Source: Myxococcota bacterium | GTDB lineage: Bacteria; Myxococcota_A; UBA796; SXON01 | Length of the DNA stretch: 64,000 bases | NCBI GenBank assembly: GCA_040386535.1 | Contig: JAZKFH010000037.1 | Span: forward strand, 10,430-74,429 | Direction: 5' to 3' | In this document: positions 38,557-47,562 of the stretch, piece after piece | Numbering within the stretch: position 1 is the first letter of the stretch | Layout of the letters: each line of letters opens with the position of its first letter | Notes under the pieces: generated by a model | Database searches by the model: none | Told to the model about the DNA's origin: nothing | The model's input: only the letters and a program-made list of their open reading frames with translations | Translations under genes and position numbers: made by a program

Positions 38557-39825
38557 ATGTCCGTCTCCCGTCGAGACTTCAACCGTCTGGCCCTCGCGGG
38601 GCTCGCGGGCCTCGCTGCCGCCGGGTCCGGCGTGGCGGTGGCTGCCCCATCGCCGGACGAGCGTAAATTCCTCTTCGTCTACGCGCGCGGCGGCTGGGAC
38701 TACAGCTACGTCTTCGCGCCGCTGTTCGACAATCCCTACTGCGACATGGACCCCACCGCGACCACCGCCGAGGAGGGCGGGCTCCCGTTCGTCGACAGCG
38801 AGGGCCGTCCGTCCGTCCGGACCTTCATGGAACGGTACGGAAATCGAACGCTGTTCGTGAACGGGTACGAGATCGCAAGCGTGACCCACCCTCGCTGCGC
38901 CCAGATCCTGCTCACCGGCAAGGCCGGCGCGATCCGTGACGACTTTCCGTCCATCCTCGCCGCCAGCTCGCCCGTGAATCTGCTGATGCCCTACGCGGTG
39001 CTCAGCGGGCCGGCCTACACCGCGAGCTCCGTGGTACGGGTCGGGAGCGACCAGCAGCTCCCCACCCTTCTGAACGGCTCCATCCTCCAGCGCGGGCAAA
39101 CCCGGTTCTCCCTCCCGTCCACCGAATCGGACGCCCTCGTCGATGCGTTCGTCCAGGAACGCGCGGCCGCCTACGCCAGCACCGCCGGGCGGGGCCGGAC
39201 ACAACGATACGCGCAGTCACACGACCACGTGCTCGGTCAGATTCAGGACGTGTACGGCTTGGGTGACCCCGCCGCACTGTTCGACTCGACCGTTCCCGGT
39301 ACGACCCAGCTCACGACGGCTGTCAAGCTGCTGACGCTCGGACTGTCACGCTGCGTGATGCTCCAGGACGATGGCATGTACGACATGTCGTGGGACACCC
39401 ACGCCGTCAACTCCGACCAGAACCACCACTTCGAGCTCCTCTTCCAGAAGCTGCTGGACATCGTCGCCGCGCTCGACGGCGCCACCAGCATCGCAGGAAA
39501 CCGGCTGTCCGACGAGGTCGTGGTGGTCGTGCTCTCGGAGATGGGGCGAGACCCGCGGCTGAACAACAGCAGCGGAAAGCACCATTGGACCTGGACCAGC
39601 GCCATGCTCCTCGGTCCAGGCATCACCGGTGGCCGTGCCATCGGCGGGTTCGACGAGTTCGTGACCGGCGAGAAGGTCGACCACGACAGCGGCGAGCTGT
39701 CGAGCACAGGGACCACGCTGAGCGCATCCGACCTTGGGGCCACCCTCCTGATGCTCGGGGGTGTCGACCCTGCCGAACACCTTCCCGAAGGCAAACCGAT
39801 CCTGGGGATCATCACCGATGTGTAG
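38557..39825 (+). CDS. Tat-exported DUF1501 family protein
   Basis: SRRDF Tat motif; GGWD, WDTH, SEMGRDP, GKHHW. Confidence 0.88.
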   Translation: MSVSRRDFNRLALAGLAGLAAAGSGVAVAAPSPDERKFLFVYARGGWDYSYVFAPLFDNPYCDMDPTATTAEEGGLPFVDSEGRPSVRTFMERYGNRTLFVNGYEIASVTHPRCAQILLTGKAGAIRDDFPSILAASSPVNLLMPYAVLSGPAYTASSVVRVGSDQQLPTLLNGSILQRGQTRFSLPSTESDALVDAFVQERAAAYASTAGRGRTQRYAQSHDHVLGQIQDVYGLGDPAALFDSTVPGTTQLTTAVKLLTLGLSRCVMLQDDGMYDMSWDTHAVNSDQNHHFELLFQKLLDIVAALDGATSIAGNRLSDEVVVVVLSEMGRDPRLNNSSGKHHWTWTSAMLLGPGITGGRAIGGFDEFVTGEKVDHDSGELSSTGTTLSASDLGATLLMLGGVDPAEHLPEGKPILGIITDV

Positions 39826-40174
39826 GTTCCTCGCGTCCGGGGCGCTCGCCGCCTGCATCGCGTGCACCCCCGCCTCGGGCGACAGCGGCGCCGCGGCAGT
39901 CGTCGACCCCCTCTGCGATCAGGGCTACGAGCTGACCTGGGCGTCCTGGGGAGAGGCGTACTTCGGCACCTACTGCGACGCGTGTCACGCGGCCGATTCT
40001 CCCAACCGCTTCGGCGCACCGGAGGGAATCAGCTTCGACACCGTGGCCGAGGCCCGCACGTGGGCGCCCAGGATCCGCGCCCGGGTACTGGACGACCAGA
40101 CGATGCCCCTGGGCGGCGGTGTCAACGAGGACGACTTGTATCTCCTCGACGTTTATCTCACCTGCCGCTTATGA
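39818..40174 (+). CDS. Small monoheme cytochrome c lipoprotein
   Basis: CDACH with distal MP; lipobox-like IAC. Confidence 0.85.
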   Translation: MCRFLASGALAACIACTPASGDSGAAAVVDPLCDQGYELTWASWGEAYFGTYCDACHAADSPNRFGAPEGISFDTVAEARTWAPRIRARVLDDQTMPLGGGVNEDDLYLLDVYLTCRL

Positions 40175-40195
40175 AGGCGGCCCCGAGGCCTCACG

Positions 40196-40555
40196 ATGCT
40201 GATTCTCGCGCTCCTTCCCGCCGCGCTCGCCGTATCTCCCATGGATCGTGATGACGCCTGGCGGGCCAGGTACCTCCCGGATCCGCAGGTCGCATGGTCG
40301 CAGAGCATCACGATCGGCTTTGGTACGGGCCACTTCTACGCCCACGACCCGGTGGCGGGAGGGATTCACCTCTCGATCCAGGCCCTCGGCGCGGCGATCA
40401 TCGCGGGTGGGCTGGCAAAGGATGGCAATGGGACGGCCGTGATCTCGGCCGGCGCCCTGCTGTTCATCGGGGACCGCATCGTCGATGCCGTGACAGCGCC
40501 GCTCGCCGCGCATCGGTTCCGCGCCCGCCGGGGGCACGACGAACTCGAAGAGTAG
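40196..40555 (+). CDS. Small membrane/secreted hypothetical protein
   Basis: Signal peptide; GFGTGHFYA followed by hydrophobic helices. Confidence 0.65.
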   Translation: MLILALLPAALAVSPMDRDDAWRARYLPDPQVAWSQSITIGFGTGHFYAHDPVAGGIHLSIQALGAAIIAGGLAKDGNGTAVISAGALLFIGDRIVDAVTAPLAAHRFRARRGHDELEE

Positions 40556-40565
40556 CTATCGCCGC

Positions 40566-40946
40566 TCATTTTCTGCACGCACCCTGGCTTAGGGTCGCGG
40601 CAGGAACATCGGCTCGAGAGTAGTCGGAGTAGAGCCGAACGGAGCACGTGTGGTCGAGTGCCTTCGGCGGAACCCTCTCCGTGTATCCCTCTGGTAGAAG
40701 GCCGTATTTGAACCGCGATGCGGGCTGTTGCCCGGACGAAGCGTGAGAGATCGACCACAGGGTCTCGCCCGTTGCGGGGTCCTGGATCTGCAGGTCGGTG
40801 GTTCCTGACTCGTCCTCGCATCTCCGACCAGCTGTGACGATGAATTCGTCGCTCCCGTCGGGAGCCCGGTCGACACAAAGCGCGGGGCCCCAGTGACAGC
40901 CGACGAGGACCAGGGCCCCACCAATTCGAAGACTGTCGATAGCCAT
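40566..40946 (-). CDS. Hypothetical lipoprotein, visibly lower GC
   Basis: LVLVGC lipobox; fills the gap between genes. Confidence 0.55.
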   Translation of the reverse strand: MAIDSLRIGGALVLVGCHWGPALCVDRAPDGSDEFIVTAGRRCEDESGTTDLQIQDPATGETLWSISHASSGQQPASRFKYGLLPEGYTERVPPKALDHTCSVRLYSDYSRADVPAATLSQGACRK

Positions 40947-41168
40947 GCGCAGGTCTTGTCACCGGTTCTCACGGTTCCGTAAACGTTGCCGTCCAGCGCG
41001 TCGACAAAGTTTCCAGGCTTGGCTGCGAGCGCCGCCCGCCCGCTCGTGCCCCGCCGCGCGCCAACCAGGTGGTCTACCCGGGGGGCCTCGCTGAACTCGT
41101 CCGGCGGCGTCGGGCGCCTCGTCGAACACCACCCCTCCCGCCCCCCTCCGTTGGCGTTACGGACGCCC

Positions 41169-42194
41169 ATGCTCCCCACTCCCGCCACCGCCCCCGCCGA
41201 AGCCGTCCGGCTCCTCGCCGGAGAGCTCCTCGCGTCCATCGCCGCGGACCACCCAGACCAGGCGAGCGCCCTCTGCAGTGAGGAGTTCCGCACCCAGGCG
41301 CGCCTTTCCTGTACGCGGCTCGTGACGGAGCTCGGCAAGCTCGACGCGCCCATCGGCATCGGGGATGCCGTCACCGTCGACACCAGCGGGGTCGTGCGTC
41401 TCGACGTTCGTGTCCATGGCGAGACGGCCTCGATTTGGTTGCGCGCCGAGCGCAGGGGCGCCCGCTGGCTGTTCGTGGACGGGGTCGACGCGGACGAGGG
41501 GCCCGCCCGACTCGGCGTTCCGGCCGCCGCCCCCGGCGCCTTCGCGACCGCGTTCATGGACGCCGCACCCCGGGGCCCCGAGGCGCTCCGCCCGCTCTGC
41601 ACCGCAGCGTTCCGCGCGCTCGACGAGTTCGGCTGCGACAACTTCGCCAGCCAGGCGTCGAGGAAAGCGTTCGCATTCTCGGTGTACCGAGAAGAAGCCG
41701 CGGGAGACCGGCGTGTCGTCGTGCTCGACGTGCTCCGGGACGGAAAGGCGCTGGACCGCGTCTGGCTGTACGTCGTGTCCGAGCTGGGCTCCGAGCGGGT
41801 GGACAGTATCGACGAGTCCCCGCGACACGCCTCGGCGTTCCTCGAGGGGAAGGTGCCAGGGCTCATCGACCTCGACGCGCTCCCAGAGGACGCGGACCTG
41901 CGCCGCCTCGGCGAAGCACTGCTCTCCACCGCCGCGGGCAAGCCGGGGAAGACCCCGTGGGGTGACACGGATATGACCGCGTGGGTGGCCCGTATCGCGG
42001 AGCTCTCCTCACCCACCCTCGGACGCACGTGGCGTTTGGACGGCGTGGGGACGGGGGCGATTTGTTTCCTCCCAAGTGAGGGCAGCGCGCTCAACCTCCA
42101 CGCGGTCCGGGACCAGACGGGCTGGAGGATCATCGACTACGCGTACGGTGCGCCGAGGTGCCACGTGGGGGTCGACGACCTCATGCCTCGCTGA
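41169..42194 (+). CDS. Hypothetical protein, possibly repeated NTF2-like domains
   Basis: ALCSEEFR and PLCTAAFR internal similarity; RWLFVD and GWRIID strand ends. Confidence 0.6.
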   Translation: MLPTPATAPAEAVRLLAGELLASIAADHPDQASALCSEEFRTQARLSCTRLVTELGKLDAPIGIGDAVTVDTSGVVRLDVRVHGETASIWLRAERRGARWLFVDGVDADEGPARLGVPAAAPGAFATAFMDAAPRGPEALRPLCTAAFRALDEFGCDNFASQASRKAFAFSVYREEAAGDRRVVVLDVLRDGKALDRVWLYVVSELGSERVDSIDESPRHASAFLEGKVPGLIDLDALPEDADLRRLGEALLSTAAGKPGKTPWGDTDMTAWVARIAELSSPTLGRTWRLDGVGTGAICFLPSEGSALNLHAVRDQTGWRIIDYAYGAPRCHVGVDDLMPR

Positions 42195-42216
42195 AGGCCC
42201 AACGTCTCGCGCGCGG

Positions 42217-42359
42217 GGGCGCCCCGCCGGGCGAGGACGCCCGGCGGCGGTCGTCCTCCGGGCGCGCGCCAGAGGCGCTTGGTTCGCGCCGGCCCGTCCG
42301 GGCCCGGGCCGTCGCGGAACCGCCGGCGCGGCGCCGGCGCCCTCCGGCCGACCTGGCGC
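42217..42359 (-). repeat. Dispersed GC-rich repeat, family B copy 2 (inverted)
   Basis: Aligns with the reverse complement of 43186-43316 (gggcgccccgc..ggacg..cggcggcgg..gtcctccgggc..cgccctccggcc..cctggcgc). Confidence 0.7.
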
Positions 42360-42422
42360 GGGCGCGTCTTCGGTATGCGCGGGGGGGGACACCCTCGGCG
42401 GCGGCGGTGCTACCATCGAAGG

Positions 42423-43118
42423 ATGCCCGTCGACCTCGGCTCCAACTCCGCCACCGTACGGGCGCGATCGAAGGGGCTGAATGTGCGCTGGATGTATGTT
42501 CTTACTCTGCTCGGTGCCTGCAAATCCGACAACTCCCACTCCTTGAGCGACCTTGGCGTGCGGGTCGTGTCGGCTCATCGGGTGGCGGGCATGGAGCGAC
42601 AGGCACCAGGACAGTTCCATTACCTCGTGGACTTTTGGATTCGATCGCCTGGGGAAGAGGCGTGGTTGATCATCGCCTGTGGCGCGGGCGCTCCGTCGCT
42701 GATGAACACGTCCGGTTCGCCGGTCGTAGATCTACCTCGAGCAACGGCAACCGTCGTCTTCCTGAAACATCCATCCGGCTACATCTCTGCCGAAGTCTCC
42801 GGCGTGGAACCCACTTCCTGCGCGCACATCTTCCCGCTCCGTCGTAGTGGCGAACTCGTTCTCTCGCAGCTGGAGGTCGTGACCGATTCGGCGCACGATA
42901 TGGCCGTGTGTGTCGGAAGCGACCTTTCACTGATTCCACCAACGTTCCGGACGGACCCGGGCCCGCTCGCGCAGGCGATTTCGCGCATGCAGCGGAGCTG
43001 GTCCGGCTTGCCACAGGTGATCAATCTGCGCACCAACCACCCCCCGAGCGAGGGAAGTGAGTTTCTTGCAGAGATTCGGCTCGGAAGTCCCACCTGCTCG
43101 AGAATTCCTGTCGAATAG
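42423..43118 (+). CDS. Orphan lipoprotein with atypical codon usage
   Basis: LLGAC lipobox; TGcTACCAT 6 nt before ATG 42423; many A/T-ending codons. Confidence 0.55.
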   Translation: MPVDLGSNSATVRARSKGLNVRWMYVLTLLGACKSDNSHSLSDLGVRVVSAHRVAGMERQAPGQFHYLVDFWIRSPGEEAWLIIACGAGAPSLMNTSGSPVVDLPRATATVVFLKHPSGYISAEVSGVEPTSCAHIFPLRRSGELVLSQLEVVTDSAHDMAVCVGSDLSLIPPTFRTDPGPLAQAISRMQRSWSGLPQVINLRTNHPPSEGSEFLAEIRLGSPTCSRIPVE

Positions 43119-43185
43119 CTCAGAACCAGCGCCTCCTTGGCGAATCAATCACGTGCGGCCCGGCGGGGCACGCCGCCCCTCCGGA

Positions 43186-43316
43186 GCGCCAGGGGGGCCG
43201 GAGGGCGGCCGGCTTTCGCCGGCCGGTCCCGCCGGGGCCGCCCCGGCGGACCGAGGCGCCCCGCGCCGAGCCCGGAGGACACCCGCCGCCGCCCGTCCGC
43301 GGGCTGCGGGGCGCCC
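43186..43316 (+). repeat. Dispersed GC-rich repeat, family B copy 3
   Basis: Inverted relative to 42217-42359, direct relative to 6509-6641. Confidence 0.7.
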
Positions 43317-43350
43317 ATGGGCGCTGTCGGACGTTGATGCTACGCTGGGG

Positions 43351-43428
43351 GTGCCCTGGTGAAGCTCTGCGGTGGAGCGGCCGACGAGAAATTGGTAGGC
43401 GCGGGTTCGAACCCCGCTGCCGGGGCAC
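43351..43428 (+). ncRNA. tRNA-like element (pseudo-tRNA or tRNA mimic)
   Basis: D arm GCTC-tgcggtg-GAGC; anticodon arm gccga-cgagaaa-ttggt; T arm gcggg-TTCGAAC-cccgc; closing stem gtgccctggtg/tgccggggcac; lacks U8, U33 and encoded CCA. Confidence 0.7.
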
Positions 43429-43464
43429 TTCCCTCCCGAACAGCCCGCGCGCACCACCCCACTG

Positions 43465-43969
43465 TCACACCCTGGCTCGGCTCAATCGAAGAGCGTTCAG
43501 GTACGTACGCACCTCCGGCGAGGTCAAGACCATCTCCCGGTAGGCATCGTCCGGGCTCAGGCCCAGCTCCTCCACGAGCGCGCGCACGGTAGGAAGGTCG
43601 CCCCCGCCGCTTCACGAACGCTCCGATGCTCTCATCGATCAGGAGGAGTGAGTCGCGGTCAGCCTCCCAGGGGCAATGAGGGTTCCAGGCCCACACAGCT
43701 CCGGAGCGCACATCGAGTACGTATTGATCCGCGTTCATCCGGCCGATGACCAGCAGCCCCTGGTCCGCGCGAACCGGTGATTTGGAGATCTGCTCGGCAA
43801 CGTCCGCCAGGGCGAAGAAGACGATCTCCCACGCACCGCCATCGGGCCCCCGGAAGTGCCAGGTAAATCCCATGGACGCGGGGGTTGCCATGAACGCCGT
43901 GTAGGCGTCGGGAAGTACGCCCACTGCGCGCTCGATGCTCTCCCGAAGCTCCTCGTTCTGGGCGCCCAT
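43465..43969 (-). pseudogene. SMI1/KNR4 (SUKH)-like immunity protein with an apparent frameshift near 43605
   Basis: IERAVGVLPDAYTAFM..LLVIG..YVLD..GAVWAWN..IDESIGAFV; a protein-like tail GDLPTVRALVEELGLSPD..RARV* continues in another frame. Confidence 0.65.
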
Positions 43970-44034
43970 GTGTGCCTCCACGGCACACCCTAAGACCGCG
44001 CGCTCCACAAGCACGCGGCTCCTCCGCACGCCGA

Positions 44035-47000
44035 TCACTCCGCGGCGGCCTCCGCCCGCCCCACGATGACGAGCTGCACGCGCCGGTTGGTGCGCCGCCC
44101 CGCTTCGCTCGTGTTCTTCGCGATGGGCCGCGTCGCGCCGTAGCCCTTCGCCACCAGGCGCCCGGCCTCGACGCCGTGCGCCACGAGCCACGCGCGCACG
44201 GCCTCGGCGCGGCGCTGCGACAGGTCGAGGTTGTAGACGGGATCGCCCCGATCGTCGGTGTGGCCCTCGATCTCGATGCGGGTCACCTCGGGGTGGAGCG
44301 TGAGCACGGCGGTCACCTCCTCGAGCACGCGGAACGAGTCGGGTTGGAGGATGGCCTCGTCGAACGCGAAGTGCAGGGACTCGTCCAACGTCACGGCGCC
44401 CGCGGTGACGGACACGCGCGCGGCGTCGAGCACGACGACGACCTCGACGGGGCCGACGCCGGCCGCCACGGGCGCCTCCACGCTGCGCGCTCCGTACGCC
44501 GGCGCGGAGACGATGACCTGCCACGCGCCGGGCAACACGCTGGTCTCGAGCGCGCCGTCCGCGCCGGTGGCGCCAGGGCGTGTGTACGCCGTGCCGCTCG
44601 ACACCGGGCCGCTCAAGCGCACCTCGGCATCCACGGGGGTTCCGTCGGGCTCGGCGACGCGGATGTGGAGCGGGCGGGGCAGCCAGTCGAGGCGGAGGCG
44701 GCGCTCCTGGGCACCCTCGACGAGGGTGAGGTCGGTGGCGGCCTCGGCGTAGCCGGGCACTTCGGTGCGGACCGCGAGGGGGCCGAGGGGGAGGGTGGGG
44801 ACGAGCAAGATGCCAGACGGCGCCGACATCGTCGTCTCCCCGAGCCGTACGCTGCCGCCGCGGACCAGCGAACCGTCGGGGTCGTGGAGTTCGACCAGCA
44901 GGCTCGCGACGCCGGGCGTGGGCGGCGTGAACACGAGATCGACGTCGGTGGGGACGTACTTGTCCTTGGCGGTGATCATGGACGAGAGGGCGGGCACCTG
45001 CGCGCTGGTGAGGCCCCAGCGTGGCGAGGAGGCCGCGATCGCCCAGCCGGGCTGCGCGCTGAGGACGAAGCGCGCGGTCGCGTCGGAGTCGACCGGGACG
45101 GGGGGCGAGTAGCCGGGGCCGTACGCGCGGGCGACCGCGTCGGTCGCGGGGCCCTCGGGGCCCTTCGCTCGCACGCGGACGGCGCGGGGAGCCCAGCCGA
45201 GCGTGATGTCGGAGAGGTTGTCGCCCGAGCGGAGCAACAGCTCGCGCGACCAGGTCCCGAGCGCCTCGGCGGCGCCCTCGACCTCGACGCGGTGCTTGCC
45301 GGGGGCGAACCCCTCCAGGCGCAGTCCGCCGCTCCCGCCGATCGTGCCGGCGTCGCGACCGTCTACCCGCACGTGGGCGCCGGCAACCGCGGCGCCGTCG
45401 GGGCCCTTGACGTTGAGGACCAGCGCGGCGTCGCCCGCTTCGCGCAACAGCGAGGCGTCGATGTCGATGCGGGTGGTGCCGTCGGGGAGCACGTCCACGA
45501 CGCGCTCCTGGAGGCCCAGGGCGGGGGCGGAGAGGGTGACGCGCCAGGACCCGGCGGGGAGGGTGTAGAGCGCCTCGCCGTCGGGGCCGAGCGAGCCGGG
45601 GGGCATCTCCGCGCGGCCCGCGAAGCGGATGGCGGCGTCGATCGGCTCGGCGTCGGGGCCGCGGGCGCGCACGGCGAGCGCGCCGGGCACCCACCCGAGG
45701 ACCACGTCCAGATCCCGCGGGCCGGCGAGCTCGATCGTGCGCGGCTCGCTCGGACGGAGGAGGGGGCCGGACACCGCCACGGTCCGGGTGCCGGCGGCGA
45801 GCCCCTCGACCCGCATCGTGCCGGCCGAGCTGGTGCTTCCGAGCGACACGCCGTCCAGACGCACCTCGGCGCCCGCCACGGGGGCCCCGGCGGGGTCGAG
45901 GACGCGCACGCCGAGCGAGGCGTCCCCGGCGTCGGGCTGGAGCTGCACGTCCACGATCACCAGCGCCAGCTGGCCGGCCTCGACCGTCACGTCGCGTGTC
46001 TGCACGCCGAGGCTCGGGGCGGTCACGATGACCTGCCAGCGCCCGGGGGCGACCTGGTGCAAGAGCTCGCCGTCGTCGCCGAGATCGAGCGACGTGGGCG
46101 CCTCCCCCGTGGACCCGCCGAGGAACCGCGCCTGGGCCCCGGTTGCCGGGCCCGTGGTGGTGCGCGCGAGCACCTTGACCGTGCCCGGCGGGTGGACGAG
46201 GGTGACGGTGCGGCTCAGGTCCTCGGCGGCGAGCGTGACGACGAGCGGCGCGGTGGCGGTGTAGTCGGGCGCGTCCACCGTGACGGTGCGCGCGCCGGGC
46301 ACGAGATCCACCAGGGTGAGCGTGCCGCCGGTGCCGGTCTCGCCGTGGGAGGCGCCGTCCAGCCGCACGACCGCGCCCTCCACGGGCGCGCCGGACGCGT
46401 CCACGAGCCGCACGGTCAGGTCGGCGTCGCCGCCCTCGGCGGGCTGGAGGATCGCGAGCACGCCGAGGCGGCGCCACGCATCTTCGCTCACGCGGATGTC
46501 GCGGACCTGGGTCTCGGTGCCGGGGCCCGACACGGTCACGGTCCAGTCACCCGGGGTGAGGGGGATGTCGGCCGTGCCGTCGCGGCCGAGGCGCACGATC
46601 GCGGCGGGGGTGTCCGGGTTGGGGGGCACCACTTCTACGATCACGGTGGCGTCGATGGGCGCGCCGGTGGCGTCCTGCGCGACGACGACCAGATCACGCG
46701 GCCCGGGCGTCGTGACCGCGTCCGCGGTGGAGAGCGTGCGCTTCGGCGGGGCGGACCACCCCACGCGCGCGAGCACGCGGCCGCCCGAGCTCCCGATGCC
46801 CGGCGAGATCGCGTAGCCCCCGGCGAGCGTCACGGAGAGCCCCGAGCGGCCGCGCCACCCGACGCGCGCGAGCAGCTCCCCCGGGGCGCTGGAGAGCGGG
46901 CTCGTCGTGGCCGAGAGCGAGGGGGAGAACCACGCCTCGAGGCCCGCGCCGAGCGCGCCCCGGCCGTACCCGACCTGAGCGCCGAGCGGGACGGTCAGCG

Positions 47001-47562
47001 TGCGGTCGACGTTGCCGAAGCGCGCGTTCGTGTCGCCGGCGAGGCCCGCGTCGACCGACCAGCGGAGCCCGTCTCCGCCGCGCCCCACCGTCGCGTGCAC
47101 GCCGCCGCCCCATCCGCCGCCGAGGAGCACGCGCTCGGCCCCGGTGGGGGCCACGCCCTCGGCGCGCACGCCCACGGCGAGCCCGTCGCCGTCCGACCAG
47201 ACCGTGATCGGCACGGCGAGCCGCAGGTCGCCCAGAGGGGCGCCGGTCGCGCCGTCCGGTCCGGCGTAGTGGAGCCAGAGCGGCAGGGAGGCGGCCACGC
47301 CGACGCGCCCGAAGCGGGCCCCGCCCGCCACGGTGAAGCCGAGCAGCTCGTCGAGGAGCGGCGTCGTCTCGGGGGAGTCCTCCGTCGGCCACGACACCGC
47401 GAGGGTACGCGCACCCTCGAACGTGAGCCCGATGCCCGTAGGCGGCGCGCCCGCCTCCCACACGAGGACCGGGGCCGCCGGGTCGCCACCGGGGGAGGGG
47501 ACCACCGAGGTGCCGTGCGCGTCGAGCGCGTAGGCCGCGCTCGGGAGGAGGAGCACGATCAA
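44035..47562 (-). CDS. OmpA-family protein: beta-barrel, carboxypeptidase-regulatory/PEGA-like repeats, OmpA_C
   Basis: IEIEGHTDDRG..NLDLSQRRAEAV..GYG..P..NRRV; TTG start overlaps the upstream stop. Confidence 0.9.
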   Translation of the reverse strand: MIVLLLPSAAYALDAHGTSVVPSPGGDPAAPVLVWEAGAPPTGIGLTFEGARTLAVSWPTEDSPETTPLLDELLGFTVAGGARFGRVGVAASLPLWLHYAGPDGATGAPLGDLRLAVPITVWSDGDGLAVGVRAEGVAPTGAERVLLGGGWGGGVHATVGRGGDGLRWSVDAGLAGDTNARFGNVDRTLTVPLGAQVGYGRGALGAGLEAWFSPSLSATTSPLSSAPGELLARVGWRGRSGLSVTLAGGYAISPGIGSSGGRVLARVGWSAPPKRTLSTADAVTTPGPRDLVVVAQDATGAPIDATVIVEVVPPNPDTPAAIVRLGRDGTADIPLTPGDWTVTVSGPGTETQVRDIRVSEDAWRRLGVLAILQPAEGGDADLTVRLVDASGAPVEGAVVRLDGASHGETGTGGTLTLVDLVPGARTVTVDAPDYTATAPLVVTLAAEDLSRTVTLVHPPGTVKVLARTTTGPATGAQARFLGGSTGEAPTSLDLGDDGELLHQVAPGRWQVIVTAPSLGVQTRDVTVEAGQLALVIVDVQLQPDAGDASLGVRVLDPAGAPVAGAEVRLDGVSLGSTSSAGTMRVEGLAAGTRTVAVSGPLLRPSEPRTIELAGPRDLDVVLGWVPGALAVRARGPDAEPIDAAIRFAGRAEMPPGSLGPDGEALYTLPAGSWRVTLSAPALGLQERVVDVLPDGTTRIDIDASLLREAGDAALVLNVKGPDGAAVAGAHVRVDGRDAGTIGGSGGLRLEGFAPGKHRVEVEGAAEALGTWSRELLLRSGDNLSDITLGWAPRAVRVRAKGPEGPATDAVARAYGPGYSPPVPVDSDATARFVLSAQPGWAIAASSPRWGLTSAQVPALSSMITAKDKYVPTDVDLVFTPPTPGVASLLVELHDPDGSLVRGGSVRLGETTMSAPSGILLVPTLPLGPLAVRTEVPGYAEAATDLTLVEGAQERRLRLDWLPRPLHIRVAEPDGTPVDAEVRLSGPVSSGTAYTRPGATGADGALETSVLPGAWQVIVSAPAYGARSVEAPVAAGVGPVEVVVVLDAARVSVTAGAVTLDESLHFAFDEAILQPDSFRVLEEVTAVLTLHPEVTRIEIEGHTDDRGDPVYNLDLSQRRAEAVRAWLVAHGVEAGRLVAKGYGATRPIAKNTSEAGRRTNRRVQLVIVGRAEAAAE

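Noticed and set aside
42197..42300. Integron attC site (GCCCAAC just after a stop codon)
   Set aside because: No matching GTTRRRY at a suitable distance, no cassette array and no integrase.
43340..46477. 1045-aa ORF spanning the OmpA and SUKH regions
   Set aside because: Only the SUKH-like part looks like protein; the rest is an off-frame shadow of the OmpA gene or runs over the tRNA-like element.
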